From: Octopus sinensis
Taxonomy: Eukaryota
Length of the DNA: 64,000 bases
Assembly (NCBI RefSeq): GCF_006345805.1
Contig: NC_043005.1
Coordinates: 56,482,001 to 56,546,000, forward strand
Direction: 5' to 3'
Shown in pieces: positions 12,300-28,480 of this stretch. Both the position numbers and the translations under genes were made by a program. The notes below the pieces were generated by a model. It saw only the letters and a program-made list of their open reading frames with translations, was not told the DNA's origin and searched no databases. The stretch's first letter is position 1; every line of letters begins with the position of its first letter.

Positions 12300-12720
12300 T
12301 ATAGCTGGAATTTACAGAAAAACAAAAGACGAAGATAGGTGTATAAAGAACAAACGTGTATTAGTTCAACGCTCGGGAGGGTGAGAAAGTCTTTTACGTT
12401 TCGAGCCTACGCTCTTCAACAGAAAGTAACACGAGAAAATAACAGAGAGAGAATTTTTAAAAAGCTTTAGAGGCTTGAGAGAAAACAGAATAAGAAAAAA
12501 AAAACGAGTAAAAAAAACCAATGTGAAAAAGCATAAAGTTCAAAAAAGTTCAAAAAGGTTCAAACGTCGTGGGGTATTGGAACGATTTTTCATCAACGGA
12601 AGAATCTAGTGAAATCCATATGTATATCCAGTAGTACTCCAGGTGGAATGCTGGTGTGTAGATGAGCAGAAGTGCAGAAAACCCAGGGAGAAGTCCTAAG
12701 TGTAGGAGGTTATAGCAGGA
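12300..12720 (-). mobile_element. Penelope-like element 3' region (family P2)
   Basis: Terminal module with hammerhead; the upstream part weakly resembles a GIY-YIG C-terminus (HFCSSTH..). Confidence 0.55.
12391..12426 (-). ncRNA. Minimal type I hammerhead ribozyme, A6U core variant
   Basis: CTTT-CTGTTGA-A-GAGC(GTAG)GCTC-GAAA-CGT-A-AAAG: stems I and II intact, palindromic ACGT stem III, GUA triplet. Confidence 0.65.
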
Positions 12721-13009
12721 TAAAATTTGATATATGTGTATATATATATATATATATTTATTTATTTATATACGTACAGTCAAGTAAATAATAACAGCAG
12801 GGACGTGTGTGAAGTCTCTGGAAGCCAACTCTATTATTAGGATGTTCTTTAGTTTGTAAAATTACGTTCCATCTGATGATTACGGTTATTTGTAATGGAG
12901 TAATGTTATCATTCTTCTATTAAAAAGACGTGTAAGAAACAGTTGTAATAAGCTGAAAATTATCTTTCGTATGTTATTATTCTTTTGATTATAATACACT
13001 AAGAGAATT

Positions 13010-15875
<2,866 letters not shown>

Positions 15876-15888
15876 AAATTTTTTTCCG

Positions 15889-15966
<78 letters not shown>

Positions 15967-16009
15967 AAGATAGATATTTTTATGTTTTACTTTTTCTGTC
16001 TTTGCTGGA

Positions 16010-16175
16010 AGACCGCTTTGAAGGGTTTTTAGTCAAAGAAATCTACCCCAATACTTACCTTTTTAACGCCTGGTGCTTATTTTATCGGCCCCTCCAATCC
16101 CAAACCTCTAAGTTACAGGGATGCAAACACACCAACACCGGTTGTCAAGTGGTGGTGGGCGACAGACACAAACAC
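16010..16175 (-). mobile_element. SINE family A, 3' half, diverged
   Basis: gaccgctttgaag..aaacacaccaacaccggttgtcaag..gacagacacaaacac. Confidence 0.7.
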
Positions 16176-16265
16176 AGTCAAACGCGCGTGCACACACATG
16201 CACACACAGATATGTGTATATGTAAATATGTGTGTGTAGTGTGTGTGTGTATGTGCGTGTGTGTA

Positions 16266-17045
16266 CAGAGTGCCGTGAATAAACTATCGTCTAAACTGCG
16301 CAAAAATGAAAATAACATTGACATCTCATTTTAATGGATATATTTACCAAAATTACATTAAAATATCTTGAAATTCTAAAGAGTAAATTTATTCAATAAA
16401 ATCTCCATTGGCTTCAACCACGGCCTCCAGACGACTTCGGAATCTCCTGTATCTCTTCTGGACGGTCTCCTTTTTAAGTTGGTGAATGTTGTCACAGTCC
16501 TTGGACAGAGGTTTTCTTTTTTTGGTCTCCCAGTCAACTGTGCCCCTCACGTAATAATCAAGGAGGTTGCAGTCTGGAGAGTTAGGTAGCCAAATGTTAG
16601 GGGTGATGTGATCACAGAAATTGTGTGACAGCCATGACTGGATCCTCCTGCTTGCGTGGCATGGTGCAGAGTCCTGTTGCCAGACATAGAATCTTCCAGC
16701 AGCCACTCTCTTGACCCCAGAGTAACACTACCTCACCCAGGCACTGATGTAGGCCTCCGTGTTGAGTCTGAGGCCATGTGGGAAGATGAGCGGAAGCATA
16801 ACGTTGCCATCAGTAGTGATCACTCTAAAAACCATGATGTTGACTGGATGTTTGATTTTTATCATTCTCGATACATGTCCTCGGATTGCGCAATCCTCAC
16901 ATTGACATACAAACACTCTGAAATGTTTGTATTGGAGCTTCCGTCGCGAATGTCAAGCAACACAGCATGACGATTCCAAATTTCTGGCAGCGTAAATTGC
17001 GTCATGGTGCTGTTTTTCTCAAAGATGGTGCCCTATTATACTGTG
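16266..17045 (-). mobile_element. DD37D (maT) Tc1/mariner transposon, 5'-truncated and decayed
   Basis: WQQDSAPCH...WLPNSPDCNLLDYY with 37 residues counted between the 2nd and 3rd D; KHPVNIMVFRVITTDGNVM upstream; TA+CAGAGTG terminus at 16264-16272. Confidence 0.9.
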
Positions 17046-17509
17046 TAGTCAGTCAACAAAAGATATATGACGAGGGATTACTGCATGTATATATATATAT
17101 AAATATATATATATACGCATATATGCATCCATGTATGTGTGTATTAGTCTTTGTAATTGCGTTTGTCCCCCCCCCACTGTTTGATAACCGGTTGGTATTG
17201 GTTTGTTTACACCCCTGTAACTTAGTAGTTCTTTATGTACTCCATCATTTCTGATCACCAGTAGTTTGACTAGCACATATTTCATCATTCTCGTAAGATA
17301 CGAAATGTAAAGTAAATCTAGACAAAACGGGTTATAATTCAGTCGGGTATTAATCCAGGCAGGTATTTATTCCTGTTCGGAATATAAAAAGTAAAATGTT
17401 CAATCTGTCAAAGTAAACACGGACAGGTGACGTCTCCTTTTCTATGTAACCTCAGTACTTCTAGAATAGAAGTCAGAACACCAAAGTTCTAGTGACTTGA
17501 GGATATTTA

Positions 17510-17557
<48 letters not shown>

Positions 17558-17767
17558 TTTCTCTTTCCTTTCTCTGTCACACACACACACACACACATAT
17601 CCACACACAAACATACGCAAACACACACAGATAATAGATTAATGTTCACTGAGATACAAAAATGATTATCATCATGCGATACATTTGCTTCTGTTAATAT
17701 TGATTTCAAATTTTGGCAAAAGGCCAGCCATTTCAGGGTGAGGAGTGGGGGAGTCGATTACATCGAT

Positions 17768-18107
17768 TTCAGAGTCCAGAAGCTGGTTACCCGCATGGTT
17801 CTTGGCCTCAAGCATTTGTCTTATGAAGAAAGGCTGAAGACGCTCGACCTTTATTCTCTAGAAAAACGACGACGCCGTGGTGATCTCATTCTCGCTCACA
17901 ACATCATAAGCGGAAAGTGTAACCTCTCGAAAGAGCTGTTCTTCACTCCTGCTCCAGAGCGTCGGCTGCGGGGCCACTCCGAAAAGCTCTATCTGCGACG
18001 ATTTCATCTCAATCGAAGGAGAGGGGCCTTCTCCGTCCGGGTTGCGGATCCGTGGAATAAGCTGCCGGATGAGATAGTGAAGATGCCGACGACCGCTCGG
18101 TTCAAAG
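17768..18107 (+). mobile_element. CR1 LINE RT C-terminal fragment, uninterrupted
   Basis: RVQKLVTRMVLGLKHLSYEERLKTLDLYSLEKRRRRGDLI..RGHSEKL..AFSVRVADPWNKLP; no stops over about 113 codons; GC-rich. Confidence 0.92.
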
Positions 18108-18109
18108 TA

Positions 18110-18330
18110 ATAAACGGGGACGTAAACAACGCAACGCCAGTTGTCAAACGGTAGTAGGACACAGACACACTTTATAGGATGAGCTTCCACACAGTTTCCA
18201 TTCACCAAATTCCCTCACAAAGCATTGATGAGGGAATTTGGTAGACACCCTCCCAGATGTCATGCAGTGGGACTAGACCAGAAATTGCGTGGTTGCAAAT
18301 GACCTTTGTAACCTTACAACTACGCTTGCG
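18110..18330 (-). mobile_element. SINE family A, diverged
   Basis: acggggacgtaaac..tgagcttccacacagtttcc..gtcatgcagtgggactagacc. Confidence 0.7.
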
Positions 18331-19569
18331 CCTATTTTGGAAAGTTTCTTTTCACTCTTTCTTAATGTTAAATCATTTTTATGCTCGGAACGTGTTTATT
18401 TCGATTCATTCAACTTTGATTTACATAGAGCTGAAGTGTCTGGTTTCAGCTGCAGCCTGTGTTTTGTGAAAGTGTGAGGACGTCGATTAGGAATATGATT
18501 TTAAAAGAGTAGGTGATATGATGTATCCTTGTAGTACACCACCTGACAAATTTCAGATACTGGAAGTGTTGTTCTTATACACTACGTAGGTTTACTGATC
18601 AAACATATAGTTAGCTACCCAACATTTCGCATTGATCTGTTCTTTGTTAACATTGATCTCTCATGATTTTTTATTTTATATTTCAACTTCAGAGTCTCCA
18701 AAAGGTTTTAAACAACAAATTCAGATGGACTGATATTCTCATTAATGTCTGCTAACGTTGTTGTATTGCTTTGAGCAATTTAGGTAATTTAGCCGACTGA
18801 TGACCAAAAGACATTTCTAGTTATGACCTTAAATTACGTATCTAGGACAATATTATCAAAATGAACTCCTCTTTTTTAAAAACAGTTGTTTGAAATTTTG
18901 AGGGAGACTTAGTTTTTGTTGTTGTTGTTGTTGTTTTTAGCAGATCGATCAGCCACATAGCTGGCTAGTTCCAATATTATTTCTCTACATGAGGTACCAA
19001 CGAAGATGCAAATTAATTATAAAATAGAAGATTGATGAGAGTAGCGTGCCAAACTTCATTATAAATTTAAATGCAAGAGCGGTGGTATTGCCAGAAACAG
19101 ACGCTATAATAGTTACTTGGAGATTGAAGTTGCATTACTGCAACAAACAAGCTTCTAGAATTCTGAAAACGGTCAAGCTGATTAGACAGGAAAAAAATAG
19201 ATTGTAACGAAGTTTGTTGGGTTTTTTTTCAATGGGTGTTAAGAAAGTTTAAACCTGTCATTGATGTGCAGTCTGTCACAGTAAAACAGATTGATGACAT
19301 CTACTTTTTCTATATTGTCTCAGTTCATCTAGAATAAGAGTCAGAGCACCTGCAAATATTTTCACTACTGACCGGTGGAAATTTACAACTAATAGGCAAG
19401 TAAACGACGAAGCGTCTCGAATTTCAAGAATTAGTAGCTCAATTTTCTTCAAATCGTGCCTGCTAAACCTGAGAAATACCGCACCAACTTCCCCAAATCA
19501 AATTCTGTCTCACGAGAAAAATAAAAAGATACATTGAATAATGGTGCTCTGTAAACATTATACCGAAAA

Positions 19570-22130
19570 ATAAATATAGCATGGTCATGGTTGGAACTTC
19601 TTCCAATGAACTTTGATCATTACACTACTTTGACGGAAGCTTATCTGGAGATAAATATCAACCAAAGACAACATAAAAGGGGAAGAACCACGCCCGGAGT
19701 AGAAAGTATATTCAAGAACAAAGCAAAAAAACCTTTGAACCACAATTAAAAGAGACACTAGCGTTCTTCCGAGAACGCGTATTATTGAGTTGATAGAGTA
19801 CCAGGCAGACAATTGAGAAGTTGGCAGTTCACATTTTGTTATCGTCATGATACCACTCAATAGTCAAGTTCATCTAACTCTGAGTAAATGGCGTTGATGA
19901 GATGTGAAATACGGAGGGAGTAATTGGCATTTATATGTGTACTAGAAGCACCCGTGACCTGTTGGGTCACAGCCTCTCCAAAGTGAAAATGTCGATGCGC
20001 GGCAACAAAGGAAAAGATACTATTTAGAACTTCATGCAATAAAATTCTTATTTAATACAGTTCTCCTGCCATTGATGGGATATCATAAACACGACCAAAA
20101 TGTTTCTTCTTTGAAAACATTCAAATGGCCTTCAGCTATTTTCCTCACTTTCTTCTTTGTTATTCTTTGATACTACTGTACCAAGGGAAATACATGGGTA
20201 CTTCATCATAAGGTAATGTTTTTGCAAAGTAATCACTGATGCACAATGAAAAGTCTGCTTTCTGAGACTTGTACAACTTTTCTAATTGCACTTTGTTCTT
20301 AACGTTTGGGTCAAGAAGCTTTTCATGACTGGACCTCTTTGTTGCTAAAAGCTCATTTATCACTGTATCATTGGAATCAAACCAGTCTCGGTGTTGTCTC
20401 CTCTTAAAGCCTAATACCTCTGATCCCATTTTATATATTCCATCACGGAAAGATTGCCATGAACCATCAAAATGAACATTGCTGCATCTCTTCTGAAACA
20501 ACTGCAAAACTTGTGGTTGTTTTAGCTGCTCTACCTCAATTTTCTTTGGTACTCGTACGCCTGCACTACGAATCTTCTTTCGGACCCTGAACTTAAACTT
20601 GGCCCTCGCCATTTTGTGATCAGTATCACAATCAGCACCTCGCAATACTCTGAGACTGCACAAATCCTCTAAGTCAGCTTTTCGAGTTAATACAAAGTCA
20701 ATCATGTGACCTTGCTTTTATCTTGGGTGAATCCAGGTAACTTTGTTTCATCTTATAATGAAAGACAATATTCCCAACAATCAACCCTAGAGCACATTTG
20801 TAGTAGATGCAACCCATTGTTGTTCACCTTTCCTATTCCATAATGCCCAAGTACATTCCAAGCACCACAGTCTCTAACAACACGTACAACCAGGCACAAC
20901 CAAGTTCTCATTCAAAGAGACTGACAGAATACTTCTAAGCTCCTAATAAAGTGCATAGATACTTTCCTCACTAGCTGAAAGTGTAGGAGCAGAGAGAAAA
21001 CAGTTACAAAACGTCCACAAGAAAGAGGGATCCGGAATTTCATTATTCGTGTATTTATGCTTTGTGGTTGTTCTAGGTCTTTTAGCAAACCACTTCTAAT
21101 TGCAAACGCAACACATCCTTCTCTTTTCTCTCCCTTCGGCTTCCCAACCCAGAATAATGTGAAACTTGCCGCTCTTTCGACAAGATGATCCTCATCTTAA
21201 CATTTTGTATCAGAAAGACTTGCAATATCAACATTTAGACGCTTTAGCTCCTTAGTCACTAGAGCTGTTCTTCTTTCAGGCCAATCTGCTCGATCTAAAA
21301 GATTTCTCACATTCCAACAGGCCAGGTTAAGAGAAACCTTACTTTTTGCATATTTGTTATCATTGTTTATATCAATTCTTTGATCATTCCTGCTAAATTG
21401 ATCCACCGTTAGCCGCAGTAAACTAACCAGCGGAGAGAGGACATACAATTTTTAGTACACCTTTTCTAGCGCCTTCTCAGTATATCCAGTTGAGCAGTGT
21501 TGTCTTTAAAAGGGCTGCTCACACACAGGATTCTCTACTGAAAACAGTTCCTATCCATGAAAACATGTTAGCGATGCTAAGATAGGGACCCTGCCGCTTT
21601 CTGTGCAGATTTGTAACTGTATGCTTCCAACCGGTCAAGTCTGCATACGTCACACGCCTCTATCGCCATAGGACTTTTGAAAAGTGATGATCGTACGATT
21701 ATGGTGTTTTGACCTGGACATCTGCACTTCATTGGATTTCAGTGACAAACACTTGTACAACACCTTTGCCACTCTCTGGGTCAAAAAGTAGATTCCAGAG
21801 ACAAGCAAAGCAAGATGACTAGTACTAAGTTGACTGCAAGTTTTATATGGAAGTACTTTCTCCTATGCTTTTTCTCAAAAGGATACTGCAAGCCAGAAGT
21901 GGTAAGTCAATTTGAAATCAGAGCTTTATTCTCCAATACTGGTTTATACTCCTATCACGGCTTCGTTTCAAAACAGGAGCCCAGTCTGCCCCCATCAACA
22001 GTCATGGCTTTGGCAGTGCAGCCAGGTAAGGGACTGTCATTACTATAGCCTGGTTTTATGTCAGTGTTCCTCTCTTAGAAGAGTTGCTTTTACCATGGCT
22101 AACGAGCCTCATCTGCCCTCACCCCCCCCC
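19570..22130 (-). mobile_element. RTE-clade LINE with 5' UTR and APE endonuclease, RT core internally deleted
   Basis: LACWNVRNLLDRADWPERRTALVTKELKRLNVDIASLSDT; IDFVLTRK..LRGADCDTDHKM..RRQHRDWFD; decayed thumb region (RISHLINA) at 19600-20040. Confidence 0.9.
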
Positions 22131-22139
22131 TCCAAAAAA

Positions 22140-22488
22140 TACATACATACAAAATGGTAAAGACCACCTTCGGTCGTGAATAACCATGGGATTACACCTA
22201 GAAAGTTACCCTCCTAAGTACAAGTCCGGGCAAGGTTGTTTACGGAAGACCAGTAGTCACCCATGCATACCTTCCTCCCCTCATCATGCCACCAATGTTA
22301 TCCAGGGAATAGGCAACAGCCGGTACAACTTGGCACCAATGACATCGCAACACATTTCTACAGCTGAGTAAACTGGCGCAACGTGAAATAAAGTGTCTTT
22401 CTCAAGAACACAAGACACAGCCCAGTCCAAGAATCGAACTCACTACCTTATGAATGTGATCCCGACGCTCTAACCACTGAGCCATGCA

Positions 22489-22490
<2 letters not shown>
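22140..22490 (-). mobile_element. tRNA-derived SINE family D
   Basis: Head tggctcagtggttagagcg (A box) ..gagttcgattc (B box); the 3' end matches 32930-33030, which carries a (TTTACCC)n tail. Confidence 0.8.
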
Positions 22491-22540
<50 letters not shown>

Positions 22541-23279
22541 TACATACATAATACATACATACATACATACATACATACATACATACATACATACATACAT
22601 ACATACATACATACATGTATTTGGGTATGTGCGCAAACCCATGCCTTGCTGTACCGAGTTCAATTCCTCCCACAGCTAAAATATCCAATGAAATATTTCA
22701 TTCTCCTGTTTAACGATAACTTATATAATTAGCACCACTTCCATGGGCTTCTTTGGATATAGCCTCCTATTGCTGAAGCTGTAATTATTACCGAAGATTT
22801 GCTTGAAAGTCTAATGTTTATGTTATGAAATCAAGCAAAAGACCCTGGTCAATAACAAATAGTCTGAAGAGTAAAAACTAAGAAATTATACTGTACAAAA
22901 AAATATGGAGCTAATGGAAAGATAAGTTGCTTTCTTATACTCTCGAATACTTATCTATAGTAGACAACTTCAACTACAAGATGACATATAAGTTTATATC
23001 CAGCTCAGCTATAAGATAGTGGCTTCTGAACAGGAATTTAGATCACAGCTTTAAAGAACTCCCCGGTCATATTCCGACCACCTCCTTGCCCCTGCAGCAG
23101 CAATTTATTTTAGTCTTTCCTTCCCAGAACTTCACCCCTATGGAATCCCCTCCCTTTTTGCATTTAACTTGAAGCCAACAAGCAGCTGTTAAAATACATT
23201 AACTGCGTCGACACCTACCATTATGGTAAGCCTTGAGAAGGCCATAAATTTAACTCTTCCCTCCGTATCAGCTCATTAA

Positions 23280-23484
23280 CCCTTTAGAGTTTAAACCGGC
23301 CATATCTGGTCCAAATATTCTACCTGTTTTATGTTCATATTGGCCAGATCCAGGCTCTCATACCTACCCTAAAATATCATTCTAAAATTTATCTCATCAT
23401 TGAAATCTCATAATGCATGGTTAATTCAAAATAACGTGAATAGATAAACATTACATTTAACAGAGTAATCTGAATGCTAAAGGG
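23280..23484. mobile_element. piggyBac-like MITE
   Basis: TTAA|CCCTTTAG ... CTAAAGGG|TTAA; second copy at 43259-43467. Confidence 0.8.
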
Positions 23485-24499
23485 TTAAAAAAAAAGAAGG
23501 GCAATGTCTCGTTACCATTCTGTGTCTATTTTTCATATGACGTAAGTTAAAATGTTCCATTATACTTTTCATTCCGATTAATATTACACATCAAAAAAAA
23601 TATTATCAGATACACCCATTCCAATTACTTTTGAACGATGCTGTATCCTGCTGAAAGCACGTAACACCATTTATACTAAAAGTAATAAAATGTTGTATGG
23701 TTATACAAGAGTGTTTTGTCCTTTTCAAAACCATTAAATGACATTTTAATATAGAGTCTTTATTTCCAGATACAACACACCAGTTATTTTGTCGACGTTT
23801 AAGGGATACGCAGTAATTCTTGTAAAAATAAGAGTAAAACATTGCTTAAGACGCCTACATGTGTAGACATTTGATTTAAAACGATAATAAATTTTTTTCC
23901 TTTTTTTCCCTGATAATTTACTACTTGCTATAAATCAAACTTTGGTTTCACTGAATAAGGTGCTAAAATGTTAGAAAAAGTCAAATGCACTTGTCAAACA
24001 TGTTTACAATAAAAATAAACTAAAAATGTTCACATTTTTGTTATATAAATAATAGGAAGTGAGATTGTAGAAGCAAAGCGCCATACTAAATGCTTTGCCG
24101 TATTAATTCGATCCTTTTAACGTCCTACGTTCAAAACCCCAGTAGTACAGTACAATAGTTCTTTGTAAGTCTAAGTCAAAAGAAATCGCTGTTTTACTAT
24201 AAAACCATAGCGTGCATTGTGGAATAGTAGTGAACTAAGCTCTAGGTGAGATGAAACTACAATCTAGACTTCATTTCATTTACGCTGCTACCACTCATCC
24301 AAAAATATCACATAATTTCGTTTATTCTTCAGATACAAATTTGGAAAATCATGTCAATGAGATAATTCAACTTATTAATATAAATTGATATGATGGACTA
24401 AATCGAGTGCCAGACAAAATGCAAGCCAAGCACTGGGGTTGATATAATTGACTGTTCCAACGCAAATATCAGAAATTATTGTCTTAATATAAATTAGCA

Positions 24500-24710
24500 A
24501 GAAGTAGATGAAGTAGCAAAATCGTTAGCAGCTGGGCGAAATTTCGGCTGTCTTTACGTTCTGAGTTCAAATTCCGCCCAGGTCACTTTTGCCTTTCACT
24601 CTTTCGAGGTCGATAAAATAAGTACCAGTTGAGCGCTGGGATCGATGTAATCGACTGAGCTCCTCTCCTCGAAATCGCTGGTCTCGTACCAAAATTTGAT
24701 ATTGATATCG
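24500..24710 (+). mobile_element. SINE family B, tail type 3
   Basis: tcgttagcagctgggcgaaa..gagttcaaattccgcc..ccaaaatttgatatt. Confidence 0.8.
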
Positions 24711-24834
24711 ATATAAATGAGCAAGAGGAAACGCCGCGACGAGGTTTCGATTTCCAGCACAAATCACTTCACTTTATTTACACTGTAAATAGTCATGAAC
24801 ATCAAAAATGCCGATGCACCATATGATACATAAG

Positions 24835-25010
24835 TACGGTTTCAAATTTTGATACACGGTTAGTAATTTTAGTGGATGGTAGTGAATCGATTATATTGAC
24901 CCTAGTGCTTAACCGGCAGAAGCTGAACTCAGAATGCGAAGCCAGAAGAAATACCGCTAAGCATTTTGTCCTTTGACCGCCGAGCTAACGATTGTGCCTG
25001 TTTGCTGCCT
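24835..25010 (-). mobile_element. SINE family B, internally deleted
   Basis: tttcaaattttgatacac..gaaataccgctaagcattttgtcc. Confidence 0.65.
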
Positions 25011-25059
25011 TGAAATGATAGCTAATAATAATCTCTTCTGACATTACAAAAATATATTT

Positions 25060-25278
25060 AAGGTGGCGAGTTGGCAGAGTCATTAGCCGTCGGGCAAAAT
25101 GCTTAGTAGCATCTCGCCCGTCTCTACGCTCTGAGTTTTAACTCCATTCAGGTTGACTTTGCCTTTCATCCTGTCGAAGTCAATAAAATAAGTACCAGTT
25201 GAGCACTGAGATCAATTGAATCGCCTTACTCCTTACCCGATAAATGTTGGCCTCGTGCCAAAATTTGAAATCAATATT
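25060..25278 (+). mobile_element. SINE family B, full length, tail type 3
   Basis: ggtggcgagttggcagagtcattagc...gtgccaaaatttgaaatcaatatt. Confidence 0.85.
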
Positions 25279-25554
25279 ACAAAAATATATACCGGCGATT
25301 TGGTTACTACTTCTAGTAGATCAAGAGGCCTTGTAAGAAGTTATGTCCTTATTTTATTAGAATGAGTGGTTTGAATGTTTCTAATAGAGTTTCAGTATCA
25401 GGGAGCTGGAAGTAAAGAGTGAAAGAAAAGTAGAAAGTTTCTCTGTGTATGTACTGCATGAGGAGCCATCTTGGTCGAGAAACGGAGGAATCAGCAGAAT
25501 CGGAGCGCTACTTGCTGAACCAGTTTGGTTGAAGTGTGATTTTTATCGTTTATT

Positions 25555-25987
25555 GTTTACTTGTTTCATTGATTAAACCGAAGCCATGCTGGGGCACCGC
25601 CTTGGAGAACTTTAGTCGAACGAATCGACCACAGGACTTTTTTAAAGCCTAGTACTTATTCCATCCGTCTCTTTTGCTGAACCGCTAATTTACGGGGACG
25701 TAAACACACCAAGACCAGTTGTCAAGTGGTGTTGAGGAACAAACACAGACATAATAAGACACACGCACATAAATATCATACACATATAGAATATATATTG
25801 ATATTTATATATATGTATATATGCGATAATATTCTTTCAGTTTTTGTCTACCAAATCCACTCACAAAGGCTTTGGTTGGCTTAGGGCTATAGTAGAAGAC
25901 ACTTGTGCAAGGTACCAAGCAGTGAGACTGAAACCGGAACCATGTGGTGGGAAAGCTAACTTCTTACCACACAGCCACGCCTGTGCC
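25555..25987 (-). mobile_element. SINE family A, full length
   Basis: All modules present: head with A and B boxes, central microsatellite, tail. Confidence 0.9.
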
Positions 25988-26639
25988 TTATGATACTTAC
26001 GAAATTTTAACCGGGGCCATTAGACTGTTGGGAATTAACAGTATTTACCATTAAAACAGATTCTGGAAAACGAGATACGAGCAAAAGAACTAAAGACTGC
26101 AAAGTGGGACCTTTCTTGATGCAACTTCCATAGATGATTAAAAGGACAACAGCAACAATATCGTTCTTTTGTGTCTTCAAAACTCAACTTGCAAACTGGC
26201 GAGATTAATTGACAATTAAAAGTCTCCTACATAGCATTTACATAGTATAATTTATTATATCTGTTTGCCTTTCTTTGTTCGCCATAACTATCTGTTTGCC
26301 TTTCTTTGTTCGCCATAAACAATGACGCTTTGAATATAGTGTACAAAGTTAATCTTACAACCAACTTAATAAGCAGCATTTAGACGGGCAAATATTGAAG
26401 TTGTTTACCTTAACAACCAACGGATTAAAACAGACGGAGTCAGTACATTGATTCTTCAAACATTTAATAACGCAAATAAGATATTAGAGCTTAAAACTCA
26501 GATACGTTTCAATTAAATGTGCGTAGTTTTGGTTTTAGATTTGAAAACTCTCACCAAAAGATAAAAGAGCCAATCTCAGGCATAAACCTCTTTCGTTGGA
26601 ATATAGGCAAATCAACAAGAGATTCATATAGTAAATAAG

Positions 26640-27262
26640 TAAGAATGTATGTATGTATGTATGTATGTATGTATGTATGTATGTATGTATGTATGTATGT
26701 ATGTATGTATGTATGCTTGAATGTATGTATGTATGAATGTATGTATATATGTATTATGTACAGGATGTATGTATGTATGTACAGGATGTATGTATGTGTA
26801 TGTGTATATATATACAGAGTGTATGTATGTACAGGATGTATGTATGTATGTATGTATGAATCTATGCATGTATGTATGTACAGGATGTATGTATGTATGA
26901 ATGTATGTATATATGTATTATGTACAGGATGTATGTATGTGTGTGTATGTATGTATGTATGTATGTATGTATGTATGTATGTATGTAGGTATGTATGTAT
27001 TATGTACAGGATGTATATATGAATTATGTACAGGATGTATGTATGTATGTATGTATGTATGTATGTATGTATGTATGTATGCATGTATGTATGTACAGTA
27101 TTTATGTATGTATGTATGTATGTATGTATGGATGGATGGATGGATGGATGGATGGATGGACAAAATGTATGTATGTAACGAATGTATGTATGTATGTATG
27201 TTTGTATGTATGTATGTATGTATATATGTACAGAATGTATATATGGATGGATGTACAAAATG

Positions 27263-27296
<34 letters not shown>

Positions 27297-27310
27297 TGTA
27301 TGTATGTATA
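26640..27310. repeat. Complex (TATG)n array with recurrent TACAGGATG sub-units and a (GGAT)n patch
   Basis: Direct reading. Confidence 0.95.
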
Positions 27311-27346
27311 AATGAATGTACGTACAGTATGTAAGTACGTAATGAG

Positions 27347-27620
27347 GGCGCATAGCCTGGTAGTTATAGTATTGCACTCACGATCGCGAGATTGTGGCTT
27401 CTGTTCGTAGATCGGCTGGTGAGTTAGGTTCTTGAGCAAAACGCTACATCTCTCATTGCTCTGCGATCACTCCGACATCCGACGTATGGTACACGCGCAC
27501 TTGTTTAATCGACGTCGATTTGATGGAAGAAGTACGGCACATACATTCGATCACTATAAACAAATCATTAGTGCAGGTCATTCAATAAAAAGTGAACACT
27601 TCGATGGGAGACTCCAGCAT
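27347..27620 (+). mobile_element. tRNA-derived SINE family E
   Basis: gcgcatagcctggtagttatagtattgcactcacgatcgcgag head; the 3' part gtcgatttgatgga..tataaacaaatca..gtgcagg recurs at 50800-50940. Confidence 0.65.
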
Positions 27621-27630
27621 GCATGCGTTA

Positions 27631-27780
27631 TCTGTATTAATAAAAGTGAAATTCTGTCTGTCCGTCTGGGACTCCTGTATCTCAGCCTATATTTGCTCTA
27701 CATAGACATATTATACCTTTTCGGAATCAGGGTGATTCCGGGATTGAAAAGCTGCCCTTCTTTTGGTTCTTGAACATACA
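27631..27780 (+). mobile_element. Possible Helitron 5' end
   Basis: A|TCTGTATTAATAAAAGTG..GTCTGTCCGTCTG resembles the start of the 62511 element; no CTAG end seen. Confidence 0.35.
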
Positions 27781-28165
27781 GCATTAGGATCTGATTTAAC
27801 AGCATTTGGGTTGCTATTTCTAGCAGGTAAAGCGACCGCGAGAGATTTCAGAGCCATAGTATTACTGAGATAGGTGAACAAGAATTACCTCCCTTAGCTT
27901 TAAGTTTTACTAAGGAATTTAGTAGTTGTCTTATCTTTTCAGTCATCAGACTGCGACTGCGCTGGGGCACCGCCTTGATGAAGTTTAATCGAACAAAACG
28001 ACACTAGTTCTTTCTATTTTATGCCTGGTACTTTTTATTGGCCTCTTTTACCGTACCGCTAAGTAAACGTAAACACACCAGCACCAGTTATCAAGCCACT
28101 ATATACATACATATATATATATTTATATATATGGAAATTGATACGTGGCGTTCGATCATATAATA

Positions 28166-28235
<70 letters not shown>

Positions 28236-28274
28236 TATATGTACATACCTACATATATATGTTTATATATACAT

Positions 28275-28480
28275 GCACATATGGGTTCAGGACGTAAAAC
28301 TAACGTGAACAAAATGAGAAACGAGAACATAAAAAGCAAAAACATGAAAAACGAACTTTCTTTTCGAACAACGAAAGAAACAAATACAGAAGCGAGACAG
28401 GCAACATAAGGAACATCTCTTCATCAGTTGTTCCCTGTTTTATCTACTCCGCGTTTCGCATTTTGTTCAAGTTTTTTGAC
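28275..28480 (-). mobile_element. Penelope-like terminal fragment (family P3)
   Basis: Minus strand cgaaacgcggagtagat..acaactgatgaagag; homologous piece at 33660-33830 (+). Confidence 0.5.

Noticed and set aside
21985-22040. CACTGCCAAAGCC motif in the RTE 5' UTR reminiscent of twister ribozymes
   Set aside because: It lacks the GGUCCCAAGCCC..GAGGG pseudoknot elements
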